Positions 10,337-18,900 of a DNA stretch of 64,000 nucleotides are shown piece after piece (the stretch's first letter is position 1; the number at the start of each line of letters is the position of its first letter). The stretch is from Chloroflexota bacterium (lineage in GTDB: Bacteria; Chloroflexota; Anaerolineae; UBA2200). The DNA lies in the NCBI GenBank assembly GCA_014360755.1, contig JACIWX010000003.1, positions 283,678-347,677 of the forward strand, in the 5' to 3' direction. The notes under the pieces are model-generated. The model worked only from the letters and a program-made list of their open reading frames with translations. It made no database searches and had not been told where the DNA came from. Position numbers and translations under genes: made by a program.

Positions 10337-10990
10337 ATGATGGACAAACGCGCCCTTTTTGCACGCCTGAAAGTGGAAAGGATGCACATCGCCCCTCGTG
10401 CGCTGGAGTTGTCACCAATTGAAGTACAGCGCCGGTTTCCCCATGCCTGGGCACCGCTTGAGGAATTGTTAAAGCGGTTGCGTGCTTTCCCCGCTGGCTT
10501 GGTGCATTTCTGGTTAGAGCAGCCTGGTGGCCATGTCGTGCTCACGCATTTGCCTTCGCGCTATGTGTTTGGGGAGCAGAGGCTCAAGAGACATCTATTG
10601 CGCCATGTCGCCTATGTGAGGCTGTCTGATTTGGCAGACGGCTCGCTGGAAGCGTTGGTACCCATAGGGCATTTACTCGATCATTTGCTGAGCACTGCAG
10701 GAACTGCAGGAGGTGAAGAAGGGCTGTGGTTTTCCGAAGGAGGAGGCATGAACCGCACCTTGCAGGGGCTTGGCGCGAGTATCGTTGCATTATTCGCCCT
10801 GGGATACGGCTTTGACACCGAGGCTTGCCGGGATGTCCGCTCCTACTTTGCCCGTTCCTTTGCTCTCTATCTGCATGACCGGCGCGCTTTGAACGTGGCT
10901 GACCCTCAGATGGAAAAGTTGCTCAGAACAACCCTATTCGCGGAGGCTTTCTGGAGCCGACTGCAGGAAAAGTCTGCTGATCAGCCATAG
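10337..10990 (+). CDS. Hypothetical protein resembling a degenerate ATLF/PPEP-like zincin
   Basis: VPIGHLLD and SYFARSFALYL...ADPQM echo HExGH.xD and EYFAE.F..Y...AP. Confidence 0.6.
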   Translation: MMDKRALFARLKVERMHIAPRALELSPIEVQRRFPHAWAPLEELLKRLRAFPAGLVHFWLEQPGGHVVLTHLPSRYVFGEQRLKRHLLRHVAYVRLSDLADGSLEALVPIGHLLDHLLSTAGTAGGEEGLWFSEGGGMNRTLQGLGASIVALFALGYGFDTEACRDVRSYFARSFALYLHDRRALNVADPQMEKLLRTTLFAEAFWSRLQEKSADQP

Positions 10991-11045
10991 TCCGCTGCAC
11001 GCTGTTCTATCAACCGTTCACAAGCAGTGGCCGTCTTAACGGGCA

Positions 11046-11699
11046 TCAATCAAAGACCACCACTTCTTTCCCGGCTAGTTTTTCCACAATCTTGGCTGCG
11101 ATGAGTTCCATGTGCGAGTTATACTTGACAAAATCCAGGTTGTCCGAGGGAACGGTGAGCACTGGGCATAGCGAGAAGCGTTCAATCCACTGTTCGTAGA
11201 GCTGATTCAATTGTTCCAAATATTCGGGGGAGACATCCCGCTCGAAGTCACGTCCGCGCATGCGGATGCGCTGTATCAAGGTGGGAACGGAAGCGCGCAG
11301 GTAGACTACCAGGTCCGGTGGAGGCAAGAACAGCGTCATTGCTTCATACAGTTCGCGGTAGGTGCGATAGTCCCGCTCGGTCATGTGTCCCTGGCGGTAC
11401 AGGTTTTCGGCAAAGATCTCGGCGTCCTCATACACACTGCGGTCCTGTACCACGGTACCTGGTCGGTCTAGGATTTGGCGATGGTGGCGCAAGCGGCGCG
11501 AGAGGAAGAAAATCTGGGAGTGGAAACTCCATTGGCGCATGTCCTTGTAGAAATCAGCCAGATAAGGGTTGTCATCTACGGCTTCATAGAAAGCCTCCCA
11601 GCCTAACCTCTCGCTCAACAGCGCCGTAAGCGTTGACTTGCCTACCCCGATGTTTCCCGCAATAGCGATAAATTTCTTCATCTGGCTCTCCTCACTCAT
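11046..11699 (-). CDS. Deoxynucleoside kinase (dCK/dGK family)
   Basis: IAGNIGVGKST P-loop, QDRSVYED, RGRDFE lid. Start may be 11681. Confidence 0.92.
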   Translation of the reverse strand: MSEESQMKKFIAIAGNIGVGKSTLTALLSERLGWEAFYEAVDDNPYLADFYKDMRQWSFHSQIFFLSRRLRHHRQILDRPGTVVQDRSVYEDAEIFAENLYRQGHMTERDYRTYRELYEAMTLFLPPPDLVVYLRASVPTLIQRIRMRGRDFERDVSPEYLEQLNQLYEQWIERFSLCPVLTVPSDNLDFVKYNSHMELIAAKIVEKLAGKEVVVFD

Positions 11700-12721
11700 G
11701 CTTTGGGTGGATTACACCCTTCTTGAATTTTGGCCAGATAGGCTTCTTCCAAACTGATGCCCAGGTCATTGGCGAGGCGAAGCAGGCAAGCCAAAGAACC
11801 CACTAAGCGCTCTTTCAGCACAGCGATGCGTTCCTGCAAAGCACGGGCTTGCGCTTCCTCACGGTTACCAACCTGCTCCAACCATTTCTCCTGGGCAATC
11901 CAGACTTGACCCAATTCGTTGGCGATATTGCCCACTTCTGCCTGTAAAGCGATGAAATCACGGTATAGATCGCCCTTGGTTCCAGCCTCTAGATCCGTCG
12001 TGCGGTGCCAGTATTGCAAGTCGCTCAGACGGCGCCGCCGGCCTTCGAGAATGGCTCTACCTCGTTCTTGTGCTGGCGTCTCTATCTCCAGCAATGGGCG
12101 TTGGTGGGTGCCCGCACCCAACGCTGATTTAATGCGCTCTAACACATAGAATAGGTCTTCTTCGTTGCGCACGATATTGAGATTGTTCGTGTCAATGGTC
12201 AGCACAGGCGTTTGAGTATAAGAGGCGAAGAATGATTCATACGCCTGCATCACATCGGCGAGGTACTCACTGGACATGGCACGTTCGTAGGTGCGATCAC
12301 GTATCGCAATGCGTTCCAGCAAAACATCCAGATTGGCGCGCAAATAGACCACTAGGTCAGGCAAGGGGATTTTTTCTGCCAGCACGCCGTGGAGCGTTTC
12401 ATAGACCGCCAGTTCGTCGCCAGAGAGGTTCAAGCGGGCAAAGAGCTGGTCTTTGGCAAAGGTGTAATCGCTGACCAAAGAGGAGCGCTGCAGCACCTTG
12501 GCAATCACATCGTGTTGCTGGCGATAACGGCTGAGCAAGAAGAAAATCTGCGTCTGAAAGGCGTACTTCTCGCGGTCGGTATAGAATTTGCTGAGGAAGG
12601 GGTTTTCCTCAAAGACCTCCAAGAGCAGTTCGGCGTCCAATTGTTTGTGGATGAGCCGTGCTAAGGTTGTTTTCCCTACGCCGATGGGGCCTTCGATGGC
12701 GACATAATATCTCTCGGGCAC
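11696..12721 (-). CDS. Deoxynucleoside kinase fused to a C-terminal MazG-like helical domain
   Basis: IEGPIGVGKTT, SDYTFAKD, RDRTYE; C-terminal AEVG..ANE ... LLRLANDLGISLEEAYLAK. Confidence 0.85.
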   Translation of the reverse strand: MPERYYVAIEGPIGVGKTTLARLIHKQLDAELLLEVFEENPFLSKFYTDREKYAFQTQIFFLLSRYRQQHDVIAKVLQRSSLVSDYTFAKDQLFARLNLSGDELAVYETLHGVLAEKIPLPDLVVYLRANLDVLLERIAIRDRTYERAMSSEYLADVMQAYESFFASYTQTPVLTIDTNNLNIVRNEEDLFYVLERIKSALGAGTHQRPLLEIETPAQERGRAILEGRRRRLSDLQYWHRTTDLEAGTKGDLYRDFIALQAEVGNIANELGQVWIAQEKWLEQVGNREEAQARALQERIAVLKERLVGSLACLLRLANDLGISLEEAYLAKIQEGCNPPKA

Positions 12722-12798
12722 AGTTACCTCCTATTTTCCAGGCGCGAGCAGTGGGGTGATGCGCTCTTTGTGCACCCTCTAGCACTTCTTCAATGCAT

Positions 12799-12827
12799 AG
12801 GATAGTACACCCTAGGGCAAATGTCAA
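12799..12827 (-). promoter_or_regulatory. sigma70-type promoter TTGACA-N17-TATCCT for the kinase pair
   Basis: tgtcaa 12822-12827 and aggata 12799-12804 on the + strand. Confidence 0.5.
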
Positions 12828-12863
12828 AAACACCCATGGCGTGAAGTATGAAGATGGTATCAA

Positions 12864-12891
12864 TTGACAGGCGGGGGTTGAAGTGTATAAT
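12864..12891 (+). promoter_or_regulatory. Consensus sigma70 promoter TTGACA-N16-TATAAT for the SCP2-ADH-AOR genes
   Basis: Both hexamers match the consensus exactly. Confidence 0.7.
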
Positions 12892-12935
12892 GAGCCTTGC
12901 AGCGGCGCATTTCAAATCTTGCAAAGGAGGGGCAA

Positions 12936-13343
12936 ATGTACAAGTTCGGTTCGGAGGAGTGGGTCAAAGCACTGCAGGAGGCGATCAATGCTAGCGAAGC
13001 CTATGCAGAAGCAGCCAAAACCTGGGAGGGCGATTTCTACTTCATCGTTGAACCAGGCGGGCCGATTGAGAAAGAAATGGTGATGTACATGGACCTGTGG
13101 CACGGCAAGTGTCGCGAGGCAGCCGTATATGAAGACCGCGCGGCAAAGACACCTGCTTTCGTTATTAGCGCCCCGCTTAGCGTATGGCGCAGGGTGATTG
13201 AGAAGAATTTGGATCCCATCCAAGGCATGATGACGCGCCAAATGAAGATCCAAGGTGACATGGTCAAAATCATGAAAGCGGTCAAAGCAGCCAAAGAATT
13301 GGTGGAGTGCACAACCAAGGTTCCGACCGAATTCCCCGAATAG
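12936..13343 (+). CDS. SCP2 sterol/lipid-binding domain protein
   Basis: F.SEEW...L...[21 protein letters not shown] pattern; RBS AAGGAGG before ATG 12936. Confidence 0.85.
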   Translation: MYKFGSEEWVKALQEAINASEAYAEAAKTWEGDFYFIVEPGGPIEKEMVMYMDLWHGKCREAAVYEDRAAKTPAFVISAPLSVWRRVIEKNLDPIQGMMTRQMKIQGDMVKIMKAVKAAKELVECTTKVPTEFPE

Positions 13344-13445
13344 CATCAGGCTCTTCAGCCGCTTATCATCCAACAGGACAAGAGAATTCAAGGGATACAG
13401 CATCCTGTTTCCCCTATCATAGCGTTTTATGGGAGGGAAGGCAAC

Positions 13446-14609
13446 GTGTGGTACTTTAACAGCCCATTGATTGTTTTTGGCGAGGAAGCACTGTGCGAGT
13501 TATCGCGCATTGAGGGCAAAAGGGCTTTTATCGTTACCGATGCCAACATTGCCCGGCTGGGATATGTGGAGATGGTCGGACAACAGTTACGCACAGCGGG
13601 ATTGGAGTATCAGGTCTTTGCTGAGGTAGAACCCGATCCTTCGTTGCAGACCGTACGCAGAGGCGCAGAACTCATGCGCCAATACGGGCCAGACTGGATC
13701 ATCGGCTTGGGAGGAGGCTCCTGCATGGATGCAGCCAAAGCGATGTGGGTGCTCTATGAACATCCTGAGGTAGCACCCGAGGGCATCAACCCGGTCGAAC
13801 CGCTCAAGTTGCGGCAAAAGGCGCGCTTGATTACCATTCCCACCACTAGCGGCACTGGCGCCGAGGTCACCTGGGCGATTGTGCTGACGGATACGCAGGA
13901 GCAACGCAAACTGTCACTGGGCTCGCGTGAGAACATGGCGGATATCGCAATCGTTGACCCCGTGTTTGTTGCTGCGCTACCGCCACAGATTACCGCGGAT
14001 ACCGGGATGGATGCCTTGACACACGCTGTGGAGGGGTATACTACTGCCTGGCACAATGACTTTTGCGATGGGCTATGCCTGATGGCTACCAAGTTGATTT
14101 TTCACTATCTGCCGCGCGCAGTAGCCGATGGCAAGGATAAGGAAGCGCGCGAGAAGATGCACAATGCTGCATGCATTGCTGGCCTGGGCTTTGGCAATGC
14201 CCTAGCGGCGATGGCTCATGCGATGGGCCATTCCCTTGGGGCGGTGTTTCACATGCCCCATGGCCGCGCGGTGGGGCTGGTCCTGCCTTACACCATCGAG
14301 TTCACCGGCGAGTTGATGGCGGAACGCTATGCGGACATTGCTCGTTTCGTCGGCTTCTCGGTTGCTTCGCCCCAAGAGGGTGCCCGTTTGTTAGCCAACG
14401 AAATCCGTAACCTGGCTAAGAGCATCAAGCAGCCACTTTCGCTCCAAGAGGCAGGCATTGCCGCGCAAGCATTCGAAGCGGCTTTGCCCAAACTGGTTGA
14501 GAACGCCGAAAGCGATGCCACCTTAGTGGCTAGCGCGCGCATTCCCGATAGCGCAGAATTGCAACGACTGTACCGCTACACGTTTGCAGGCAAGCCCATT
14601 GATTTTTGA
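13446..14609 (+). CDS. Iron-containing alcohol dehydrogenase
   Basis: GGGSCMDAAK, PTTSGTGAE, DALTHAVE, HAMGH, HG metal ligands. Confidence 0.93.
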   Translation: MWYFNSPLIVFGEEALCELSRIEGKRAFIVTDANIARLGYVEMVGQQLRTAGLEYQVFAEVEPDPSLQTVRRGAELMRQYGPDWIIGLGGGSCMDAAKAMWVLYEHPEVAPEGINPVEPLKLRQKARLITIPTTSGTGAEVTWAIVLTDTQEQRKLSLGSRENMADIAIVDPVFVAALPPQITADTGMDALTHAVEGYTTAWHNDFCDGLCLMATKLIFHYLPRAVADGKDKEAREKMHNAACIAGLGFGNALAAMAHAMGHSLGAVFHMPHGRAVGLVLPYTIEFTGELMAERYADIARFVGFSVASPQEGARLLANEIRNLAKSIKQPLSLQEAGIAAQAFEAALPKLVENAESDATLVASARIPDSAELQRLYRYTFAGKPIDF

Positions 14610-14695
14610 GGCAAACTGGCCCAACTAGGGTGCACGCTGTAGTGGAAATTGTGGAATTTTACGCTGCAGACTGACCATTTGTCGAGGAGGACAAC

Positions 14696-16528
14696 ATGAA
14701 CGGTTTCATGGGCAAGCTGCTCGTTGTGGACCTGACCAACGGTCAAATTTCTACTCTACCTCTGGATGAAGGATATGCGCGGCAATTTGTTGGAGGTGCG
14801 GGCTTAGCGTGCCGCTACTTGTATGAGCGCGTTGACCGACGCACAGATCCCCTTGGGCCCGAGAACCCGCTGATGTTCATGACCGGGCCTCTTGTCGGAA
14901 CGGAGGCTCCTCTGTGTGGGCGCTATGTGGTCTGCGCCCGTTCTCCGCTGACTGGCTTATGGGGTGAATCGAACTCTGGGGGCCGCTTTGGCCCTTACCT
15001 GCGCTTTGCCGGCTATGATGGCATATTGGTCACCGGCAAGGCTCCTTACCCCGTGTACCTTTCCATCTGGAACGGCCAGGCTGAACTCAAGGATGCCCGA
15101 AGCCTCTGGGGCAAGGACACCTATGAAACGCAAGTCGCCATTCGTGATGAATTACAGCGTGCTCAGCTCAGCATTGCCTGCATTGGCCCTGCCGGTGAGA
15201 ATTTGGTGAAATATGCCGCTGTGATGAATGACTGGGGGCGCGCGGCTGGACGCACCGGCATGGGGGCAGTCATGGGTTCCAAAAACCTCAAAGCGATTGC
15301 CGTTGGCGGCGATTTCCGGGTGCCTCTGGCAGATGAAGCCAGATTTAAAGCCGCAGCCCAGGCAGCAAGCGAGGAGATTAAAGCAGATGTCAAGGCGCAA
15401 TTCCTTGCTGCAGGTGGCACAGCCTCCACGATTGACACGACCATGTGGATTGGAGACGTCCCCAGCAAGTACTTCACCGAGGCATTGTGGGAACCAGTAG
15501 CCCATCTCAGTGGGGCGACGATGGCTGAAACCATCCTGGTGGGCAAAAGGGCGTGCTATCGCTGCGTAATTGGCTGCGGCAGAGTGACATCGGTAACTGG
15601 CAAATATGCCAAGGAAAAGATTGACGGCCCAGAATACGAGACAGTGGTTGCTCTTGGCTCATTGATCCTCAGCGATGATCTGCCAGCGGTTGCTTATGCG
15701 AACCATTTGTGCAATGCCTATGGATTGGATACCATCAGCGCTGGTGTGACGATAGCCTTCGCCTATTATCTGTACGACCGGGGCATCCTCACTACGAGCG
15801 ATACAAACGGCCTGGAGTTAAAGTGGGGCGATATCGAAGCGGCCTTGACGCTGTTGGAGCAGATTGCCCAGCGGAAAGGCTTTGGAGCAGTGTTGGCAGA
15901 GGGATCGCGCTACTTGGGTCGTAAGTACGGTGTCGAGGATTGGGCAGTACAGGTCAATGGGCTGGAAGTGCCGATGCACGAACCGCGCGCTTTTACAGGC
16001 ATGGCTTTGGTCTATGCTACTTCTCCCCGTGGTGCTTGCCACACTCAAGGGGACATGTTCTTAGTTGACCTAGGAGCACCGGTGCCAGAACTGGATATCC
16101 AGATTGGCAACCGCTTGGAAAGCTCGGAAGAAAAAGCATTGATGACTGCGCGGGTTATGAATTGGCGCACCCTGTATGGCTCGCTGGTCATGTGCGTTTT
16201 TGGCAACCCACAGGCAAGCAATATCCTCGCTATGCTCAATGGTGTCACTGGCTGGGACTTGCAGTTAGAAGACCTCTTGCTCCTTGGTGAGCGTGCCTTT
16301 AACCTCAAGCGCCTGTTCAATGGCAAATTGGGGTTAACGGCGGAGAACGATCGCCTGCCTAAACTGTTGTTACAGCCGCTGCCCAGCGATGTCGTGGAGA
16401 CACAGGTGCCTGATATGGGCGTGCTGTTGCCAGCCTACTATCGTGTACGCGGTTGGGACTCGCAAACGGGGATGCCGACCCATGCGAAACTGCAGGAGTT
16501 AGGTTTAGAAGACCTGGCTTTTTCTTAG
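14696..16528 (+). CDS. aor: Aldehyde:ferredoxin oxidoreductase (tungsten-pterin family)
   Basis: RSPLTG..GESNSGG, GRTGMGAVMGSKNLKA, CYRCVIGC, GPEYET, GLDTIS, RGACH. Confidence 0.93.
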   Translation: MNGFMGKLLVVDLTNGQISTLPLDEGYARQFVGGAGLACRYLYERVDRRTDPLGPENPLMFMTGPLVGTEAPLCGRYVVCARSPLTGLWGESNSGGRFGPYLRFAGYDGILVTGKAPYPVYLSIWNGQAELKDARSLWGKDTYETQVAIRDELQRAQLSIACIGPAGENLVKYAAVMNDWGRAAGRTGMGAVMGSKNLKAIAVGGDFRVPLADEARFKAAAQAASEEIKADVKAQFLAAGGTASTIDTTMWIGDVPSKYFTEALWEPVAHLSGATMAETILVGKRACYRCVIGCGRVTSVTGKYAKEKIDGPEYETVVALGSLILSDDLPAVAYANHLCNAYGLDTISAGVTIAFAYYLYDRGILTTSDTNGLELKWGDIEAALTLLEQIAQRKGFGAVLAEGSRYLGRKYGVEDWAVQVNGLEVPMHEPRAFTGMALVYATSPRGACHTQGDMFLVDLGAPVPELDIQIGNRLESSEEKALMTARVMNWRTLYGSLVMCVFGNPQASNILAMLNGVTGWDLQLEDLLLLGERAFNLKRLFNGKLGLTAENDRLPKLLLQPLPSDVVETQVPDMGVLLPAYYRVRGWDSQTGMPTHAKLQELGLEDLAFS

Positions 16529-16537
16529 CGCTATTAT

Positions 16538-16760
16538 GAGAGTGTGGAAAATCTTGTTACCCTGAGTGAAGCGAAGAGCCTGCCCTGAGTGCAACGAAGG
16601 GGTCTCGCGTAACTTTCGTATTTTCCCGAGTACTGCGAGATGCTTCGCTTTCCCTTCGCTTTCCCTTCGCTTTCCCTTCGCTTCGCTCAGGGCAAGGCTC
16701 AAGGCAAGGCTCAGGGCGAAGGTTCAGCATGACATTGGAAGGGCTTTTTTCAACACCTTC
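16538..16760. mobile_element. MITE copy A (223 bp; inverted relative to copies B and C)
   Basis: 14-bp TIRs GAGAGTGTGGAAAA / TTTTCAACACCTTC; 7-bp direct repeat CTATTAT at 16531-16537 and 16761-16767. Confidence 0.88.
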
Positions 16761-16838
16761 CTATTATGCCATTGTGCTTTTTGTGAAGCACAAGACGGTG
16801 GGCTATAATTGTAGCCATTCTAAAATACAGATACGCGA

Positions 16839-18233
16839 ATGGAAAATTTTAGCGCAGTTCGTTTCGTGTTGATCTATACGATGTTTTTGAACCTGGTGGC
16901 GACAACCGCCAAGATTGCAGTTGGCTATGCGACTGGTTCCTTGAGCATCATTGCAGATGGCTTTGATTCCCTGTTCGATTCGGTCAGCAATGTCATGGGG
17001 TTGATTGCCATTTACCTGGCGCGCCGGCCTCCTGACGCCGATCACCCGTATGGGCATCGCCGCTACGAGATCCTGATGACGCTTGCCGTATCAGTGCTCC
17101 TCTTTTTCACCTGCTTTCAGATCCTAACCAGCGCTTATCAGCGTTTGCTACACCGCATTGTGCCAGAGATCAATGTATGGAGCTTTGCTGCGTTATTGAT
17201 CAGCGTCGCTGTCCACTTGTACGTTACTTTCTACGAAGAGCGACGAGGCAAGCAACTGCGCAGCGAGTTTCTTATAGCGGATGCATTGCACACCCGGGCG
17301 GACATTTTTGTCTCCCTGAGTGTCCTAGGTGGGTTGATTCTGGTGCGGATAGGCTATCCCATCATAGACACTCTACTGGCTGTAGCCATTGCCGTCATGA
17401 TTGCGAAACTCGGCCTGGACATTATCCGCAGCAGCACCCGCATCCTGACGGATGCCATAGCCGTTGATGTCGATCAAGTGGCGCAGATTGTGCAACAAGT
17501 GCCGGGAGTTGAGAGTTACCACCACATCCGCAGTCGCGGCCAGGAAGATGACATCCACCTCGATTTGCATATCCGTGTAGCGCCCAATATGCCTCTGGCG
17601 CAAGCGCATGAAGTAGCCCATCAAGTACAACGCAAGCTCCAACAAACAATTCCCGGAGTACGAGATGTGATCATCCATGTCGAACCGCAATCTCGCCTCA
17701 GTTCGTCGCCCGCGCGTGACTTGTTGGCAAGCGTGAATGAAGTGGCTAACAGGTTAGGTGTAGTGATCCACCATCTCAGTGCCCATGAGGTCAATGGACA
17801 TTATTCGGTGGATTTGCACCTAGAAGTGTCGGATGAGTTGACATTAGGCCAGGCTCATGCGCAAGCCAGTTTGCTAGAGGAAAGGATCAAGACGCAGATA
17901 CCAGAAATCAGTGAGATCAGCACGCATATCGAGCCTATGTCTGTGGCGCGCACAGGGTGCGATCAACTTCCTGAAGATTCCCTTATCGCGCAGCAAGTGC
18001 GGGAAATTGTGCAAGGTGTGCCACAGGTGCGCGATTGCCACGGGGTTACCGTGTACAGAGCGGAGGGCAAACTCTTCCTGAGCCTGCACTGTACCTTGGA
18101 TGAAAGCTTGCCCATTGCCCAAGCCCACGATATCGCAACCACGATTGAGGAGCGCCTGAAAAGGGAATGTTCGGATGTCGAAAGCGTTTCTGTACACGTG
18201 GAACCTCATGAGACAGAAACCCCATCTATCTGA
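16839..18233 (+). CDS. Cation diffusion facilitator transporter with three C-terminal (ZT_dimer) domains
   Basis: SLSIIADGFDSLFD, HPYGH, ADALHTRAD; three LH...AH...H(V/I)EP repeats. Confidence 0.9.
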   Translation: MENFSAVRFVLIYTMFLNLVATTAKIAVGYATGSLSIIADGFDSLFDSVSNVMGLIAIYLARRPPDADHPYGHRRYEILMTLAVSVLLFFTCFQILTSAYQRLLHRIVPEINVWSFAALLISVAVHLYVTFYEERRGKQLRSEFLIADALHTRADIFVSLSVLGGLILVRIGYPIIDTLLAVAIAVMIAKLGLDIIRSSTRILTDAIAVDVDQVAQIVQQVPGVESYHHIRSRGQEDDIHLDLHIRVAPNMPLAQAHEVAHQVQRKLQQTIPGVRDVIIHVEPQSRLSSSPARDLLASVNEVANRLGVVIHHLSAHEVNGHYSVDLHLEVSDELTLGQAHAQASLLEERIKTQIPEISEISTHIEPMSVARTGCDQLPEDSLIAQQVREIVQGVPQVRDCHGVTVYRAEGKLFLSLHCTLDESLPIAQAHDIATTIEERLKRECSDVESVSVHVEPHETETPSI

Positions 18234-18251
18234 CCACAGGCTTCGCATGGA

Positions 18252-18893
18252 GTGAGAAGTCAGATGCGCCAATGGGTGGAAAAGCACCGCGAAGCAGTTG
18301 CTGTGGGCACGCTGATGAGCCTGCTCTCCTTAGGCGCCCTGGGCATGGTGTTCTTTTTCATCAAGAAGCCAGTGCCCGCGCCGATTGTGATTCACCCCAT
18401 CACGCCTCCTGCCGTGCAGACCCGCACACCGACAGCAACGCCTGGGCCTATTCAGGTCTATGTCTCTGGAGCCGTAGTTCATCCTGGTGTCTACGCTATT
18501 CCCTGGGACAGCCGTGTGCAACAAGCGATTCATGCCGCAGGAGGCGCCATGGCGGATGCTGATTTGGTGCGCGTGAACCTAGCGCAGCGCGTATATGACG
18601 AGCAGCAAATCTACATCCCTTACCAAGGCGAGGTGGCCACGCCGCTCCTGCCAACAGCCATTCCACGCGCCTCCGGCAGTGTGGCCTCTGCGCCAGGGCA
18701 AAAGGTCAACATCAATACCGCCAGCGCGGGCGAACTCGAGGCGCTGCCCGGTATCGGCTCTGCCCTGGCACAGCGCATCGTGGATTATCGCCAATCTGTT
18801 GGCCCCTTTCAGCGTCCTGAGGACATCAAAAAGGTGAAGGGGATCGGAGACGGCATCTTTGCACAAATCAAGGACTTGATCACGGTACAGTAA
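18252..18893 (+). CDS. comEA: Competence protein ComEA (SLBB + helix-hairpin-helix)
   Basis: VYVSGAV..PGVY, VNINTA, LPGIG..LAQRIVDYR, VKGIG. Confidence 0.9.
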   Translation: MRSQMRQWVEKHREAVAVGTLMSLLSLGALGMVFFFIKKPVPAPIVIHPITPPAVQTRTPTATPGPIQVYVSGAVVHPGVYAIPWDSRVQQAIHAAGGAMADADLVRVNLAQRVYDEQQIYIPYQGEVATPLLPTAIPRASGSVASAPGQKVNINTASAGELEALPGIGSALAQRIVDYRQSVGPFQRPEDIKKVKGIGDGIFAQIKDLITVQ

Positions 18894-18900
18894 GCGCTGG

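Noticed and set aside
16505..16808. Short ORFs at 16505-16702 and 16566-16808, plus similar ones at 39052-39429 and 42682-42945
   Set aside because: They are translations of the MITE copies; the shared peptides reflect the DNA repeat
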